Below, piece after piece: positions 19,155-20,412 of a stretch of DNA of 20,412 nt; the stretch's first letter is position 1; every line of letters begins with the position of its first letter. The stretch lies in the IMG/VR virus record IMGVR_UViG_2541047739_000001. One strand, written 5' to 3'. Source of the DNA: a virus. Lineage: Duplodnaviria; Heunggongvirae; Uroviricota; Caudoviricetes. The notes below the pieces were generated by a model. It had not been told where the DNA came from. It ran no database searches and saw nothing but the letters and a program-made list of their open reading frames with translations. The position numbers were made by a program, and so were the translations under genes.

Positions 19155-19619
19155 CTACTTAATGCACTGGGTGCGGATATATTCCTGCAATCCCCGAATC
19201 ATTCTGTCGCTGGTTGCGATTCGCTCTCTGAGGGTGAAATAATCCCGTTGAGCGGCGTCAGTAAGTCCGGGGCGGGCTGCATCATCCACGCCGGTGGTGC
19301 CGGTGGCTTCACGCACGGCTGGACAGACTGCTCTGATGCGCAACCGACGACGACCAGCGGCAATATCATCACGCAGAGCATCATTTTCAGCTTTCGCATC
19401 AGCTAACTCCCTTGAGTATTTTTCATCGAGTGCAGCAACATCACGCTGGCGCTGCTGCATATCAGTAATGGTTGCATTTGCCTGCTCCAGCTCACTGACT
19501 TTTTTATCGCGCTGCTCTTTGTAGGTTATGGCGTTATCACGGTAATGATTCAGCCCCAGACTAAGCGCACCACAGGCCACCAGCAGGGCAATGATGACCA
19601 CGCACAGTACGCGGTTCAT
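19155..19619 (-). CDS. Rz: Rz i-spanin (inner membrane spanin subunit)
   Basis: 154 aa with N-terminal transmembrane segment. NHYRDNAITYK.QRDK and RQRDVAALD.KY..ELADAKAENDALRDD.AAGRRRL match lambda Rz as recalled. Confidence 0.92.
   Translation of the reverse strand: MNRVLCVVIIALLVACGALSLGLNHYRDNAITYKEQRDKKVSELEQANATITDMQQRQRDVAALDEKYSRELADAKAENDALRDDIAAGRRRLRIRAVCPAVREATGTTGVDDAARPGLTDAAQRDYFTLRERIATSDRMIRGLQEYIRTQCIK
19199..19399 (-). CDS. Rz1: Rz1 o-spanin lipoprotein, nested in the +1 frame of Rz
   Basis: 66 aa, MRKLKMMLCVMILPLVVVGCASEQ with lipobox VVGC and proline-rich mature part; near-identical to the lambda Rz1 N-terminus as recalled. Lies entirely inside Rz. Confidence 0.88.
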   Translation of the reverse strand: MRKLKMMLCVMILPLVVVGCASEQSVQPCVKPPAPPAWMMQPAPDLLTPLNGIISPSESESQPATE

Positions 19620-19620
19620 T

Positions 19621-19758
19621 TCACCACCAGCGTATCTGACCGATGAAATAACCGGAGGCCATAATCACAAACACCAGCCAGATAAGAATGAACTTCCAGG
19701 TGGATAATTTTTCAGCCATCACTCGAATCTCCCGAATCAGTTTGCTAAAATCAAACAC
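19621..19758 (-). CDS. Small single-pass membrane protein, 32 aa from ATG 19719 or 46 aa from GTG 19758; absent from the supplied ORF track
   Basis: Hand translation: (MFDFSKLIREIRV)MAEKLSTWKFILIWLVFVIMASGYFIGQIRWW. The GTG has AAAGGAGAAA 2 nt upstream; the ATG has GGGAGA 8 nt upstream. The stop TGA lies 1 nt before the Rz ATG (TGGTGGTGAaATG). Confidence 0.5.
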   Translation of the reverse strand: MFDFSKLIREIRVMAEKLSTWKFILIWLVFVIMASGYFIGQIRWW

Positions 19759-19794
19759 ACTTTCTCCTTTGACTTTTCCAGAGTCAGGAAACAC

Positions 19795-19828
19795 AAAACC
19801 CCGCTTGCAGCCAACAAACGGGGTTTTT
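19795..19828 (-). terminator. Terminator-like hairpin between endolysin and the small ORF / Rz
   Basis: Minus strand reads CCCCGTTTG-TTGGCTG-CAAGCGGGG (9 bp stem with one G-U pair) followed by TTTTGTGTTT. It is also flanked by T-runs on the + strand, so it may act in both directions. Confidence 0.5.
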
Positions 19829-19917
19829 ACTTTTATTCACTTAGGTTTTGCCAGTTCTCAGGATTTCGTGTTATCCGTCCGCATTAGCCAACGTCATTTT
19901 TCAACAAAATATTCTGC

Positions 19918-20412
19918 TTATTTGTCAATTCCCCAGCACGCCAGCGCGCTCTCCTGGTCACGCCGTGAGACCTGTCCATAGCAGTTATTTGAACGAATAC
20001 GGCAGTCTCTGCCACCGTCCTTAATCCACCAGCGAATCGCCTCACATGCTCCCCTGCGATCGCCTGCATTAATTCGTTTATAAAACGTCGACGGGAAACA
20101 CTTACCGGGGCCAATGTTATACGGGCAGAATGACGCAATACCCGCTTTCTGTGGTTCAGTCAGTGGCACTTTGATGTTTTTCGCCACCCATGCCAGCGCC
20201 TTATCACGCTCAATGGCGTTAACCTGGTCGCATTTTTCCTTCGACAACTTCATGCCGGGGAGGACAGGCTTACCATCCACCCGGGTGGCTCCACGGCAGA
20301 TGGTCCAGATACCCGCGCCATCACGGTATGCCGTGGTGTGGTTACCTTCCTTTTCATCCAGAAACTGGTCGAGAATGTCAGGCGCAGGCGCACCAGCGGC
20401 AATCAGCGCCAG
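19918..20412 (-). CDS. Endolysin, T4-lysozyme-like (GH24), probably SAR-type; 5' end is beyond the window
   Basis: Frame is open to the window edge. Hand translation upstream of the supplied ORF gives ...LALIAAGAPAPDILDQFLDEKEGNHTTAYRDGAGIWTICRGATRVDGKPV..., i.e. a Gly/Ala-rich SAR-like segment then E...D...T catalytic spacing as in phage 21 R-type lysozymes (from memory). Stop is TAA at 19918-19920. Confidence 0.8.
   Translation of the reverse strand: MALIAAGAPAPDILDQFLDEKEGNHTTAYRDGAGIWTICRGATRVDGKPVLPGMKLSKEKCDQVNAIERDKALAWVAKNIKVPLTEPQKAGIASFCPYNIGPGKCFPSTFYKRINAGDRRGACEAIRWWIKDGGRDCRIRSNNCYGQVSRRDQESALACWGIDK

Noticed and set aside
19688-19981. 97 aa + strand ORF between Rz and the endolysin, considered as a possible bor-like opposite-strand moron or antisense RNA partner of the small membrane ORF
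   Set aside because: No lipoprotein signal or recognisable domain; it runs through the terminator hairpin and into the endolysin 3' end. I found no convincing sigma70 promoter on the + strand (best is TTGACT at about 19769 with a poor -10), so a type I toxin-antitoxin arrangement is unsupported.
1-20412. Defence system, CRISPR array, tRNA, integrase, transposase or toxin-antitoxin operon
   Set aside because: No repeat-spacer arrays, no tRNA-like structures, and no long unexplained ORFs. Every large reading frame is accounted for by lambda-like morphogenesis or lysis genes; only the small ORFs listed as findings remain unexplained.

Overview
This window is the late (morphogenesis and lysis) region of a lambda-like prophage from an enterobacterial (E. 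coli-like) genome, with every gene on the minus strand. No novel multi-gene system is evident. Reading from high to low coordinates: a SAR-type endolysin cut by the window edge, a small membrane ORF, nested Rz/Rz1 spanins, two small hypothetical genes, a cos packaging region, terminase small and large subunits, W, portal, a protease-major capsid fusion, a DUF2190-like protein, a head-tail adaptor, then Z, U, V, G/G-T, H, M, L, K, I, J and the start of lom. Gene identities rest on my reading of the supplied translations against lambda proteins recalled from memory; nothing was searched. Several supplied ORF starts are non-ATG or over-extended and are trimmed here. No tRNA, rRNA, CRISPR array, integrase or transposase is visible. 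The points most worth a second look are an untracked 32-46 aa membrane ORF immediately upstream of Rz, the two AT-rich hypothetical genes between Rz1 and cos, a cos core that differs from the lambda cohesive end, and a J protein with a divergent C-terminus. Coordinates of non-coding features were counted by hand and may be off by 1-2 nt.
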